A stretch of 64,000 nt of DNA from Paragordius varius (lineage: Eukaryota > Animalia > Nematomorpha). The notes beneath the pieces were generated by a model. It was given only the letters and a program-made list of their open reading frames with translations, was not told where the DNA came from and searched no databases. The stretch is from assembly GCA_964247055.1 (NCBI GenBank), contig OZ176055.1, positions 3,410,001 through 3,474,000 of the forward strand. The letters are read 5' to 3'. This document shows, one piece after another, positions 12,834 through 26,040 of the stretch. Each line of letters begins with the position of its first letter. Within the stretch, counting starts at the first letter, position 1. Made by a program: the position numbers and the translations under genes.

Positions 12834-13917
12834 TTTCATTCACATGGGGGGCATTTTTTAAAAAATCATATGATGGATTTTACTTCTTCCTGTGGACGCT
12901 ATCAAAAAGTTTCGTTTTAATTATTTATAGATATCGGTGTATTTTTATGAATTCTATAATTTTAAGCGGTAAAAAGCTTAAAGCCTGAAAGTCTTTTACC
13001 AGAGAAATGACGGATTTAGTATATAGGACAACGGAGCAGGCTCGGAAGATGTATGACAATCGGGCTCGCATAAAGCGGAAGAATAACCTAGCTATAAGGA
13101 CCAAGAATCAAGCCTTCTCCAAATTACTCAAACATAAAATGATTTTGATCAATTGTACATTGTCACAAATCCCCGAAAAACGGGTTTCTTCCTGGGGCTA
13201 GAGAATCGGTCTTTCGAAAAAGTTATTATATTATATAAATTCAGAAATAAATGATTATGAATGTAGGGAAGCGTATCCTAACGGGTCCAGTATATTTTAT
13301 TTTTACTTTTAGGGTCTTTAGATAACACTCTTATAATCATTTTGATGCAGCCTGTCTTGCGGGTTCAAATATAACTAATCATGTGGAGGATACCATGCCT
13401 CTTCCAGTATATTTTATTTTTACTCTTAGGGTCTTAAGATAACAATATTTTTTCTTTCAATAATCATTTTAATACAGCCTGTCTTACGGGCTATAACTAA
13501 TTCATATTTATCTGTTTGAGGCTATCATTCCTGTTCGAGTATATTGCATTTTAACTTTTAGGGTCTTTTGATAACAATGTTCTTTCTTTAATAATTATTT
13601 TGATAGAGCTTGTTTATTAATTAAAGGTTTTGTTTAAAAAAAATATTTGTAAAACTTGGAATCTATAATTATTTGCTACCTAAATGTACCAACTTATCCA
13701 TACTGCCCAGCTCCAGATAAATCTGTTTTTGGTAATATTGGCAAATTTATTATAATTTATATATTTTATTAAAGATTTAACGGGCTTTAGAGAATCTTAC
13801 ACGCGAAGATTATTTTAAAGAGATTTTATCATGCCAAAAAAGGATATTAAATATTTTACAAAATATTGTTATATGTTATAAATATATATTTGGCATTTAT
13901 ATAATAAATATAGTGAT

Positions 13918-14505
13918 TCATAAATTATTTATAATAATATATCTTATAATCTCATTCCTTCTATCGATTCCTGCTTGCCGACTACTAGATATTGGCCTCG
14001 TCTCATCGTCTGATGGGCCTTCAAATACGTTCTCTTCAATATGTCCGATGGCTTTTAGATACTTCCCTATAATATTAAAAATAATTTGATATGGAGCACA
14101 AACTAAAATGAACATATATCTTATCGATATATGTAAAAATGCTGTAAAATGCGCATATCAAATATAAAACATACCTATATTGAACAATACCCCACATGAT
14201 TGTATCAAGTCAGGTACCATTTCCGTCTTGACACGGATCTTGTTGCCTAGGATGGGGAATACCCTCTTCCATTGACCAAGCACACGCTCTACCAACATGC
14301 GTTTTTTGCTCTGTAGATAATTATAACGTATTTCATGTCCTGCTGTGGGTGTCTTTATTGGTGTAATAATGGTTTTTTGTATACCATAACCACTATCACC
14401 TAACAGACTACCATACTCTGCCACATCTTCCAGGATCGATCTGACAAGCGAATTGCTATAGATCCTGGCATCATGTATGCCTCCAGGTGATAACACTTCT
14501 ATAGA
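13918..14505 (-). pseudogene. Harbinger DDE nuclease, C-terminal half (inverted copy)
   Basis: PGGIHDARI, LLGDSGYG, MLVERVLGQWKRVFPIL, CGVLFNI motifs. A probable short GT-AG intron at about 14170-14066 precedes the GKYLKAIG...GIDRRNEII tail. Confidence 0.85.
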
Positions 14506-14559
14506 CGCAAATTTAATGATATGGAGAGAGCCTAAGGTCTATGGCTATCAAGATTTAAA

Positions 14560-15250
14560 TTACCTCATATTGGGGGCGCAATTGATTGTACTAACACTGA
14601 AATAAATCAGCCAAAAGAGAAGATTATATTAACCGTAAAGGTTATTATTCATTGAATGTCCAGGTAACTGTGGACGCCTCAGAAAAATTTATCTCTATAG
14701 AAGTGTTATCACCTGGAGGCATACATGATGCCAGGATCTATAGCAATTCTCTTGTCAGATCGATCCTGGAAGATGTGGCAGAGTATGGAAGTCTGTTAGG
14801 TGATAGTGGTTATGGTATACAAAAAACCATTATCACACCGATAAAGACACCCACAGCAGCGCATGAGATAAGGTACAATTATCTACAGAGCAAAGAACGC
14901 ATGTTGGTAGAGCGTGTGCTCGGTCAATGGAAGAAAATATTCCCCATTTTAGGCAACAAGATCCGTGTCAAGCGGAAATGGTACCTGACTTGATACAATC
15001 ATGCGGGGTATTGTTCAATAAATAATTATATTTCATATAAGTATTATACAGCTCCTATATACATTTTCATCTAAATTTGTACTCTATGTCAATTTACTTG
15101 TAATATTATAGGGAAGCAGCTATTGGTAATATTGAGGATAACGAATTAGTAAACCTATCAGAGGATGAGACAGCTCCAATATCCAGTAGTCGGCAGGCTG
15201 GAATAGATAGAAGAAATGAGATCATGCGATATATTATTATTAATAATTCA
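14560..15250 (+). pseudogene. Harbinger DDE nuclease fragment, frameshifted
   Basis: HIGGAIDCT / YINRKGYYSLNVQVTVDA / PGGIHDARI / GDSGYG / VERVLGQWK across two frames; near-identical to the inverted copy at 13918-14505. Confidence 0.85.
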
Positions 15251-17429
15251 TAAATTACTTCTACACAATAAATATGTTTAATATAATTTTTGGTATGATA
15301 AAATTTCTTTTAATAAATATTCGCGATTGGCGTTACCATCACCAGGACATCTAACACATGAGCCCGTAACATCTATTATAAATTAAAAATGTAAACATTA
15401 TAATTTTCTCAATATTACTTAAAAAAGATTCACCAGGGTTTATTGGGCTTTCTCGATAGGCTGGTACATATAGGTAGCAAATAAGTGATAATAGATTTCA
15501 TGTATTTACAAATAAAATTTTTTTAATAATAATCTTTATATTATATATGAAATTTACAGAATATGAATAAATATGCTGGGACCGTTCTATATCCTGTACC
15601 TGTGGTAGGAGAAGAATATGTATCATGAAAGGTAATATGCTATAAACTTAAAATGAAATATACTGGAACCGGTTTTAGGGGTTTTATTCAACAATATTCT
15701 TTCTATAATTATTGTTGAAAAATACCACGCATGATTGTATTAATCTGGGACCATATCCATCCCGGAAAATCCTCTTCCAATGACCGGGAACACGCTCTAT
15801 TTACATGGGTTCTTTTCTATGAAGATAATTGTAACTGTTAGGTAATAGTGGTTATTGGATAAAAAATCCCTTATTACATCTATAAAGACCTTTAGAGCAC
15901 GAGATCGTCATAATTATGTTCTTAGCAGAGAACGCATGTTCGTAGAACGAGTTTTCGGTCAATGGAGGAGGATTTTCCTGATCTTAGGCAACAAGATCCG
16001 TTTTAAGATGGATATGGTCCCGGATTAATACAATCATGCTTGGTATTGCTCAACATATATATGTATTATATTTCATATAAGTATTAGATTTTTACAGCTT
16101 ATATATACATTTTCATCTAAATTTGTACTCTATAAAATTTATTTGATTTAAGGAAACCACATAAAAGCGATTGGTAATATTGAGGATTTCGAATTTGCAA
16201 ACCCATCAGATGATGAAACAGCGCCAATATCGAGTAGTCGGCAGGCTGGAATAGATAGGAGAAATGAAATATTGCGATATATTATCATTAATAATTCATG
16301 AATTACTTCTACACAATAAATAAATTTCTATATAAATGCCAATAATAACATCGATCTTGTAAAATACACCTTTAATGAAATAATAATAAAATTATAATAA
16401 ATTTGCCAATATTACCTAAAACAGATTCATCTGGGTCTAATGGGCTGTCTGGAGAAGTTGGTACATCTAGGTAGCAAATAGTTATTATAGATTTCAGGTT
16501 TTTACAAATAAATTTTTTTATTAAAAACCCTTATTTTATAATATAAATTAATTACTGGAACCGGCAGGATGTCCCCCACCAGATATATCTGAATTAGTAT
16601 CTATATTTGAGCCCGTATGACAGGCTGTATCAAAATGATTATTAAAAGAAAGAATATTGTTAGCTAAAGACCCTAAAAGTAAAAATGAAACATACGGACC
16701 CGCTAGGATACGCTTCATTACATTCATAATTATTTATTTCTGCAGTTATATAATATAAATACTTTTTCAAAAGGCCGATTCTCTGGCTCCAGGAAGAAAC
16801 TCGTTTTTGGGGAATTTGTGATAATGTACAAATTGATCAAAATCATTTAATGTTTGAGTAATTTGGGGAAGGCTTGATTCCCCGTCTTTGGGGCAAGGTT
16901 ATTCTTCCGCTTTATGCAGGCCGGATATTGTCATACATCTTCCGGGCCTCGTGCAGAGGAAAAAGTATTATCCATCATATGATTTTTCAAATCCCGCCTC
17001 ACAACTCAATCACCTCCCCCAAACATAGGTTTCCTCATAATTTAGGTGATTAAGCTTGAAAATTGGCTCATTCATATATGGGCCACCTGGATTATGAATA
17101 AACATATCTTTGAGGGAGATGATTGAGTTTTGGATATAAGAATTTTCCACATTTTTATTAATATAATGGATAACAGTTCTATTTATATGTGGGTTTTTTT
17201 TAAAAGTTTTGTTTAAATAATTTGTAGATATCCGTGCATGTTTATAAATATCCTGAATAAATTTAGCAACGGCGATAAAAGGACTGGAAGGCTTTAGCCA
17301 AAAAAAATGACCGATTTGAGATACAAAGCAACCGAGGGATGATTGATATATTTTATAAATATAATTTTAATATTTACATAAAAAATATATTCATTTATTG
17401 TGCAAAAATAAATTATTAAGAAAATTGTG

Positions 17430-17550
17430 TCTTATTATTTCGTTTCTCCGATCTATCTCTGCCTGACTACTAGATATATTAGCTGCCTGATTTTCTGATA
17501 TAGGGTTTCCTAACTCATTCAATGTTAACCATCGCTTTTAGATGCTTTCT
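17430..17550 (-). pseudogene. Further degenerate fragment of the same Harbinger 3' end
   Basis: TCTGCCTGACTACTAGATAT...TTAACCATCGCTTT is the reverse complement of the SSRQAGIDRRNE-coding segment at about 16145-16280. Confidence 0.55.
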
Positions 17551-17707
17551 ATAAATACCATACGGTAAACCATCCCATTATCATAAGTATGTGGGAGATA
17601 CTTGTCTAAAATCAAATTTTAAAATACTCGATAGTATTCCTGATGATATTACCATTTAAAATAGTTTCAAGTGAGGCTGGAAAAAATTTATATGCCATAT
17701 TCTAGAT

Positions 17708-19755
17708 CAGTGGTACTCAAACCGCGGGCCGCATGCGGCCCTAAGAATACTTTAAAATTGCCCTATGACCATATTGACACTTATATTATCTTTTTAATGA
17801 AGAATTTTTAAAATAAATATAAAAGAATTCACGCTTATTTTAATATTAAATTTTCTTTAGATTTAATTTTGGTTATTTTATTTTTTACCCAATTCGAGAT
17901 GTAGAAAAATTTCCTTACATAAAAATGATTTCAAAATTTTGGCACACGTTGTTCCTGTTTCTATGTTCTATTTTCTTTTCAATTTTGAAATATTTATTGC
18001 ATTTCGTTTATGTATTTAAGCAAGCTCACCCAAACTTGCACATACATATTTGCTATCCTGCATCATTTTTAATAACTCATTTCCATAAAATATTTTCAAA
18101 TCAACATCATTAAATTTCGACCTGTTTTTTATAGCATAATTTAAATTATGTTCCTATTTTTTTGAATAAAGTATATAATTATTAAACAAATTTAAAGGAT
18201 GACATCTGATGCTAAAAAACGTAAATTATCCGATGAAAATCGCTCCTAAAAGAATGGGAAGAAAATTTTTTGTCAAAAATGTTAGATGCCCTATATGTAA
18301 GGACAACATAATTATACAAAAATATATTGAAACACATCTCAATGTACCCTTTTCGTGAGATTTTGCAACGACAACAAAATGAACGATTCAAAATTATTAC
18401 CAATCAATAATACCACGAAAAGAAGTAATTTACTCGAAATAATTAGCACCTTTTTCGATAAAAATGGTATACATAAAAAAATTGGCTTCGATCTGCACAG
18501 ATGGCTCTCCCTCAATGATTGGAGCAAACAAAAAATTTTTTCCTCTTTTGAAAACAAATATAATTTGCAAAATATTATGATCCTTTCAGTGATTTATTCA
18601 TCAGCAAAACTTGGTTTCGCGTGTAAAGGATGAATCACTAAATTTAGTAATTAAAACGGTTGTGGATATAGTTAACCACATCCGTGGTAGAGAATTCAAT
18701 CGCCGTAAATTCAAACACCTTCTGAAAGATATCCACAGTGAGTTTGATAATTCAAGGCCTTACCAAAGTATTAAATGGATTTTTTTTGTTTTAAGACATG
18801 AAGTTCTATTATTTATAAAAGATAACAGTAAGTTTCACGAGGAAATTAATAGTGGCAAATGGGGTTTTATTAGCCTACCTTTGCGACATTACTTATAAAC
18901 TTAGTATTTTTAAATACGAGTCTTCAAGCGAGCAAATAATAACCCAATTTGCTAATCAAATATTTGACTTTGAAGAATAGTTAATAATATATAAACAAAA
19001 TTTTATAGATAAAGCAACCTATATTTTCCAAATAAAATTCATCAAGAAAATATGGAATTTACCTCGGAGATTAATTTAATAATAGACAATCAATTAGCAT
19101 TTTTATATGAGATGATATTCAGATTTCAAGAATTAATAAATATTAAAAATTGTTTAAAACTGTTGAAAATCCCTAGCATATGGATATCCAATATTTAGCA
19201 ACTTTAGCATTTCGGTTTTGATCAGGCGCATATCATTGAAGAATTCATATATTTTTAAATGACTCCGATTTGAAGGCTCTATTCAAAAAAAAAAATAAGA
19301 AAGATATGTAGAGTTTTGGCAAGATGTGCCAAATAAATATGAAGATATAAAAAAATGTGCTCAAGTTATCCTAACTGTTTTTCCCCCAACTTACACGTGT
19401 AAGACGGCATATTTAAAAATGAAATGTATCAATACAAACAGAATTCGCTTGATCGATGATTATATGGACGCCGTATTTGAAATGGCCTGTCATGAAGCGA
19501 AACTAAATTTAAAAATTATTGGTTAATATCAAAATAAATGTTGTTATCAAAATATTTTAATTTTTTAAACTAAATGGTGCTAAACGAGTTTTTAGCTGGA
19601 TTTACATGCGATCCGGAAAAAATTCATTGTACTTATTTAGAATATAAATATGTGCATATTTGTCAAATAGCTATGGATTTGCTATAAGGTTCATGGCCCT
19701 CGAAAAAAATATAGATTTTATTTGGCCCATCAAATTTTTTTGGTGAGTACCACAT
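17708..19755 (+). mobile_element. hAT (Buster/Charlie/SPIN-type) transposon, decayed transposase
   Basis: TIRs CAGTGGTACTCA / TGAGTACCACAT, with a perfect 8-bp TSD TTCTAGAT at 17700-17707 and 19756-19763. Broken ORFs MTSDAKKRKLSDENR..., VDIVNHIRGR...RRKFK and FPPTYTCKTAYLKMK...NRIRL. Confidence 0.9.
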
Positions 19756-21031
19756 TTCTAGATCTTTGAGAAGATATATTTGCAGTTATTATATTTAAGT
19801 TATTTTAAATATTCAATTGTAAGAGTTGCTAATAAACTTATTTATCTAACTACTATTTCTTTCCTAAATATATAGAATAAAGCACTAAAATATTATAACC
19901 TTTAGTAAGCCTTTTCCCGAAAAATATTTTTTAATACATGTCCAAAATTTCCATAACCTATCACAATAGATTGATAAATTCCAAAATTATTTATGGTTCT
20001 AGAGATATCCGCTTTTGTAATAACCTTAATCCTGAAAAATTAGGCTCAAAAATTCCTCTATTTCAACAGGATGAGGAAGGCTTATTCACCTTGATTAGTA
20101 CAGGCTTATTCACATGGGCCAAAATGTTTGTTCAGTTCAAATTTAGCCGACCTTTACCTTTTTACCATTAAAATAGTATATCTTTTTAATTGGTGGGACA
20201 TATTATTAATAGATTGGGTTTTTAATTAATTTTTGATACATCTCCAAATAAAACATCGTATTAAAAAGTAAAAAACTAGGTTTTGTTGCATCTTTTATAT
20301 CCGTCATGACAGCTAATGTCTCTATAATGACAAACTTTAACTATTAATCTTAACCTTCTAAACGACTATATTCTCAAAAAATTAAAATAGCAAAATATTG
20401 AATATATATTATTCATAATGTCATTTCATAATACATATATAATTAATTGAATTCCTATATAAATCTATATATATATATATATTTTGAATAATTTAAGCCT
20501 TAATCTGCATTATGATGGAAGTTAATTTTACCGGAAATTGGATAATGTATAAATCCTCCGTAATATATATTTGTTCTAAATACTGCCAAAAAATATATTT
20601 TAAATGTGAAAACTTAAATTCGCTGCTAAAAATATCCAAATATTCTAAAAAGTGCAAAATATTATCGTTTTATTTATCAATACGTAATGAATGTTGGTGA
20701 GTTTTTAAATACTATTCCTATTACATTTATTTTTATTTAAATAAAAATCAATGGTTTTTGTTGTTTGATTTAATAAAAAATAAACCACATAATTTTAATA
20801 TTTACATTTTGCGCGCTTGGTAACATTTTTATTTTGAAAATTAAATTTTTTATTATTCCACTTATTATTATTGAGAAAAGTATCTCGACTATTATTACAA
20901 TAATTATACGCCACCATTAACATATTATAATCGAGTTTACATATTTATTACTAAATAAATGTATAGCTTATTGCAGTAAAATAAGATATTGTCCTATTTT
21001 TTATTCTCACATCCTTTTTTATTGGAAAAAA

Positions 21032-23647
21032 ATGGGTCAAGCAAATTCAAAAGACACCAAAGAATTAATCAAAAGGCTGGCTAAGAGTACCTACTGTAAG
21101 TTATTTTTTTGAGTATTTTGATATAACATTAATTTTTGTTTATAATCATCTCAATATATTTAATGCATTCTACCCTCACATAGCATCTAATAGGTTAGAT
21201 AAGAAATGTTTAACTGATCCATTTACGACTACGATTTATATTGTTCTTTTAACTTAACTATTTGAGTATATGTAATGGTATTTACCTAAATATAACTGAT
21301 ATGACATTTAAACCAAATTAAATTTAATGGACAATATTAGGTGATTGATGGATATTTTGTCAAAAATAATCGCAGATTCAAAAATATGATTTATCATTCG
21401 GTACCATAAATGCTTTATATAAACAAGACGTAAATGACTAATAATTTTTTATAATGGAAAAAACCGTATTTTTTGATCCTTGTTTTTTTATAAAGTTAAA
21501 TGATAACAATTGTGAAATTAACCAATTTTCATCTCTATTTGACTTTTCGAAACCCGAACCGATAGATACATTTAAAATATCATGGTTTAATAAGGTTTTA
21601 TAATAACATTAGTTTACATTTTATAATTTGTGTATATAATTTCGATTCATATATAAAATTTAAATACATCTTAAACGAGTTACATTTTTTAACCGCAAAG
21701 CATATTTTGAAATATCTTATTATTCCGTAAAGTATGGGCCTTTTGCAATGTATTACATTAAAAATTGTTTAACACATTTTAGAGGCTTCCGCTGTAAAGC
21801 ATTAACACATAATTTTTTATGTGGTATTCAAATATTTCAATTCTTATATTTTTATTTTTTATGCTTTCCACCTCATCTCCCCATTGATTTCTGTCCATAT
21901 CATATGTTCAGTCACTGAAAAGGAACTCAAACATTGGTATTTTTATTATTATGCCCAGTTATATGGTTTACATTATTTCTAAGTTTAATCAAATTTTATA
22001 ATTTAATTTTCTACGATTTTAACATAATCTACAGCTTTCGTTTTACAATTTAGTTTTGATGTCAAATCTTTGGTTTTTTCTTATGGATTAATTTATTAGC
22101 AAAATGTACAAACAAGCTCATTAATCTTGTTACATTCAAACATTTCCAAAGATATTAAGATTAAATCTGAAAATATAACTTCCCTGGAAAATTTTATAAA
22201 AAAAAATAATTATGATAAATGGACATTTCTTTAAAAGTCCAAAAGAACCCTTATCCGATTATAAAAATGTAAAGTAATTCTTGAACAAGTTTTCATTTAA
22301 GGACTTAATATTATATAAGAGTTGTAAAACAAATATATTTTTTAGAATACCTAAGAATTTTTTGATTAAAATTTGAGATAGTATATTGGAATTTCTATTT
22401 GTATAAGTTTATAAAATAATTAGGCATCAAAATTTTATGGACGATTTCCCAGACGGAACTTTGACTGAAGAAGTATTATAAAATTTTCCATAAACTTTAT
22501 TAGGGTTTTTTAAAAATTTACAAAGAATTCTTCCCCCAAGGAGATTCAACAAAATTTGCCCATTTTGTCTTCAAAGTTTTTGATGAAAACAAGGTTTTTA
22601 TCCTTCTATTATTTTTATATCATCTTTTATAAGCTCTTGTAAAAATTTTGAAAAAATTTAACGGCTAAAATTATTTGGATTATTTTTAACATTTCTCATG
22701 TATTAACAAGGAGGACGTAAAAAGCTTTCTAAAACTTTAAGTTTTTTTAATTTAACTAAAAATTATTTCAAGTCACGTTTTTTGTCTTTAAACTAAATAA
22801 TTTTAGCTTTTCGTTCCATTATACGAAAAATGTAGAATCAAACAATAGAGTTTCCTGAATTTATGCATGCACTCTCCATAACTTCCCGGGGAACTTTGGA
22901 TGAAAAACTTTCTTGTAAGGGATTAATTTGAATTTTTTATAGGGACACATCTAAAATTGTTTTTATCCGATATGATTTATATATAATCTGATTTATTAAT
23001 AATTAAAATTTAGGGGCTTTCAAATTATATGATCAGGATAATGATGGATATATTACGCGGGATGAAATGTTGAAAATTATTAGTGCCATTTACCATATGA
23101 TTGTAAGTTTTAAACGAGGGGTGATTAACCCCCTGCAGCCCGCTGGAAATTTTATATACTTATTTAAGTCATATTGATTATCTTAAATAAATTTTATGAA
23201 TAAATCTTTCCGAGTTTGGCAATGAATTAGAAAAAAACGATAAAAAATAGTTTTACAATTTTATGGTTAAATTTAGAAAAATCGTTAATGCCCATATATT
23301 TTGTGAATGCGGCCCGTCGGATTTTTTTGATTCGATACAGCTCGCTTGAGCCATTTGTGTTAAACACCCCTGTTTTAACCATAAATTTATTTTTTTTACG
23401 TTATTATTATTATTTTAGGGTTCAGGAGAAAATGAGCCAACCCCTGTCGATCGGGTCGATAAAATATTCAGTTTTATGGATAAAGTTTTTATTAGTTTTA
23501 TATATTTATATATATATATATATATATATATGCATATTTATGAATATAAATAGTACATAATTATTAAATTTGGAAAATAAAATTTCAGTTTGTATTGGTT
23601 ATAATCATATATTTATCAAAACAATTACCTAAAAATAGCTAAATATT

Positions 23648-23689
<42 letters not shown>

Positions 23690-24382
23690 TTCAAACCAGT
23701 TTAACAGTTACAATTATTTATTATATTGTAAAGAAAATATGTCTAAAAACATTTTTTTTCGAATATTTAATATTTCCATGAAAGCTTTTTATTATGATTT
23801 TTGCATAAAATTTATCAGCCAATTTTTACCAGAAGAAACAATTAATCATATGTTAGGTGTTTATTGGTAAAATTATAGTACTTTTACTTATTGTATATGG
23901 TAATCTTGAGAATACTTTGAAGCCTTAAATTAATTTAATTAATCATTTATTATTGAAACGGGGTGAATAAGCGTATTCATTATCGTACAAAAATACCAAT
24001 TAATCATAAAATGTTAATCATTTATCATCTCTAAAACATAGAAAAATGTAAAAAAGTGTGAGATTTTCAATTTTCATTATTTATTAACGCTATTAAAGCA
24101 ATATAATTGGTTAGGTTCATCTTAAAAAGTAATATAAAAAGCAACCCGAAGTGGCATTCGACCGACTATAATTAATTTGACCAGTCGCAAACAAGCCCCC
24201 CTTCTTTAAAAAATATTTTTTTATAACCGATTTGTGGATTTAATCTTCATATTGTTTTATTTTAGAATCAAGATGACAAATTGAGTGAGGAGGAATTCAA
24301 AGAAGGTTCTAAAGCTGATCCTACAATCGCCCAAGCTCTTTCCCTATACACAAATAGTACCATTAAAAGAACATCAACTTAA
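21032..24382 (+). CDS. NCS1: Neuronal calcium sensor 1 / frequenin, 8 exons, 192 aa
   Basis: join(21032..21095,21912..21936,22424..22472,22504..22593,22836..22914,23014..23102,23419..23484,24266..24382) = 579 nt. MGQANSK (myristoylation motif)...[11 protein letters not shown]...[22 protein letters not shown]...[33 protein letters not shown]...[20 protein letters not shown]. All introns are GT-AG. Confidence 0.93.
23116..23372. mobile_element. hAT-type MITE in NCS1 intron 6
   Basis: Termini GAGGGGTGATTAAC / GTTAAACACCCCTG, flanked by TTTTAAAC and TTTTAACC (7/8 TSD match). Internal GCGGCCCG motif. Confidence 0.7.
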
Positions 24383-24689
24383 CTACCCTATACGATTTTA
24401 TATATTGCTAAAAATTATTTAAATTATGATATTGAAATGAATAAAAAATAGAATGTAATTACAATAAATTAATCATCCATTAGCTTTTATGATTGTAATG
24501 GATTTAATATATAAACAATGCGCCTACTAATTTCAGATCAAAACCTTTGGTTTGGGACTTATTACAAATAAAGTTATTTGTTCTTTTGTGGTAATTGTTT
24601 TTATAGAAAATCGCAAAATTAGCGCATACTATATCAAATAATTGTAAAATCATTTAAACAAATACTGTATACAAAAAATATCCCGATGA

Positions 24690-25680
24690 ATTATATATCC
24701 TGGTAAAACAGATCAGAATTATCATAGTGCTTTTGGCCTGATTTTAAAAAGATATTTCTACTTTGGTGGCAACCTCTCAAAAATATGGGTTTCTTAAAAT
24801 TTAATTTATGGCAAAATTTTGGTGAAGAAAATTTTACCGTGTAAGAAAGCATGGTGGAAACTATTAGGATAGAATCATATTGAATTGGGACCGTTTTTTT
24901 CATATATTTGTGAAATTATCAAATTAAATTTAAAATACCAAATTTGAATGGAAATATTTAAAATACAATCCAGCAAATTTTCGATCGATCTTGATTTCAA
25001 TATCAGCTGTTTGTTTCAATTGTTTTTGGAGCCATCTGAATTTGGGTCTCTGGAAGTTGAAAAAACAATAATATTCCATTTTAATTGTAATACATGGGAA
25101 GAGGGTTTGAATCAGATTTTAACTCACACAACTTTCAAAACAAAGATTTGGGGAAAACTACCCATAATGTCATCGCGTACAAAAATTAATATTAACATTT
25201 GAACACAAAACATTCATTTCAGTGCTTTGATTAATTTGGGGATTTTAGGAAATCCTCCTATAAATAGGGAATGCATTCATATCTTTTCAAAAGTATTCAC
25301 TTATTATATAACAATGATGCACCGAGACTCCATTCGAAATGACTTGATATATCTTATTTTATAAATAATGTGAAGTTAAAATTTAGCTAACGTGACATAT
25401 ATCCATTATCTATATAAAAAATATAATAAAAACCATTCTTTCAGTTTATATCAATTAGATGTGATTTGAAAGAATATAAAAATAAATTTTGTAAAAATGT
25501 TAAAATAAAAATGAGGTCGAAGTAACTTGATATAAAATTTTTTAAGCCTAAAAGAAATCATGGTTTTTTTATATAATTCAAGATAGAGGCATAAATGTAA
25601 TTTAAACCGTACCTTAATGGTTTATAATAATACCTATATATGGTATGAGGTCTCATACCTCAATTCAGAGTCTTAACTTT
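24690..25680 (+). repeat. Two heavily degenerate fragments of the piggyBac-like MITE
   Basis: ATTAGGATAGAATCATATTGAATTGGGACCGTTT (about 24862-24897) and ATAAAAATGAGGTCGAAGTAACTTGA...GATAGAGGCATAAATGTAATT (about 25505-25602) match internal MITE motifs. Boundaries approximate. Confidence 0.45.
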
Positions 25681-26040
25681 TAAAATACAAATCCGCATAC
25701 TCCAAAACACAATTGAAATAAACAGCTGATAATATCTGGATGTATCATACTTTGGTATAAAACCTTTTAGTTAATTATTTACATTTTAAACGACAATAAA
25801 CATTTTTTGATGGTATTAGTAATTGAAAAATTCAATATACGAAAATTCCGGTGAAAAAGTTTAAGATTTTGCATTTTAAAAAAATAATGCACCTAAAAGA
25901 CCAATGCAAGCATAAATTTAAATTTAGCCCAATAAAAATATTTATTCAGGTATTAAAAAAATATTGTTAATGTCGAAAAAATCAATGTCATGCCGATTGT
26001 GACGCTTAAGTGTTAGGACATAGTATGAAAAAATATCTGG

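Larger units (their letters stand above)
12846..17000. mobile_element. PIF/Harbinger-derived composite with inverted arms (fold-back-like, about 4.15 kb)
   Basis: Both ends carry the same terminal sequence in inverted orientation (AAAAATCATATGATGGA at about 12860-12876 and its reverse complement at about 16973-16989). 13050-13330 is the reverse complement of about 16660-16950. Inside are four copies of the Harbinger nuclease 3' half in -,+,-,+ orientation and three 115-130 bp subterminal repeats starting at 13288, 13404 and 13536. Ends approximate. Confidence 0.8.
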
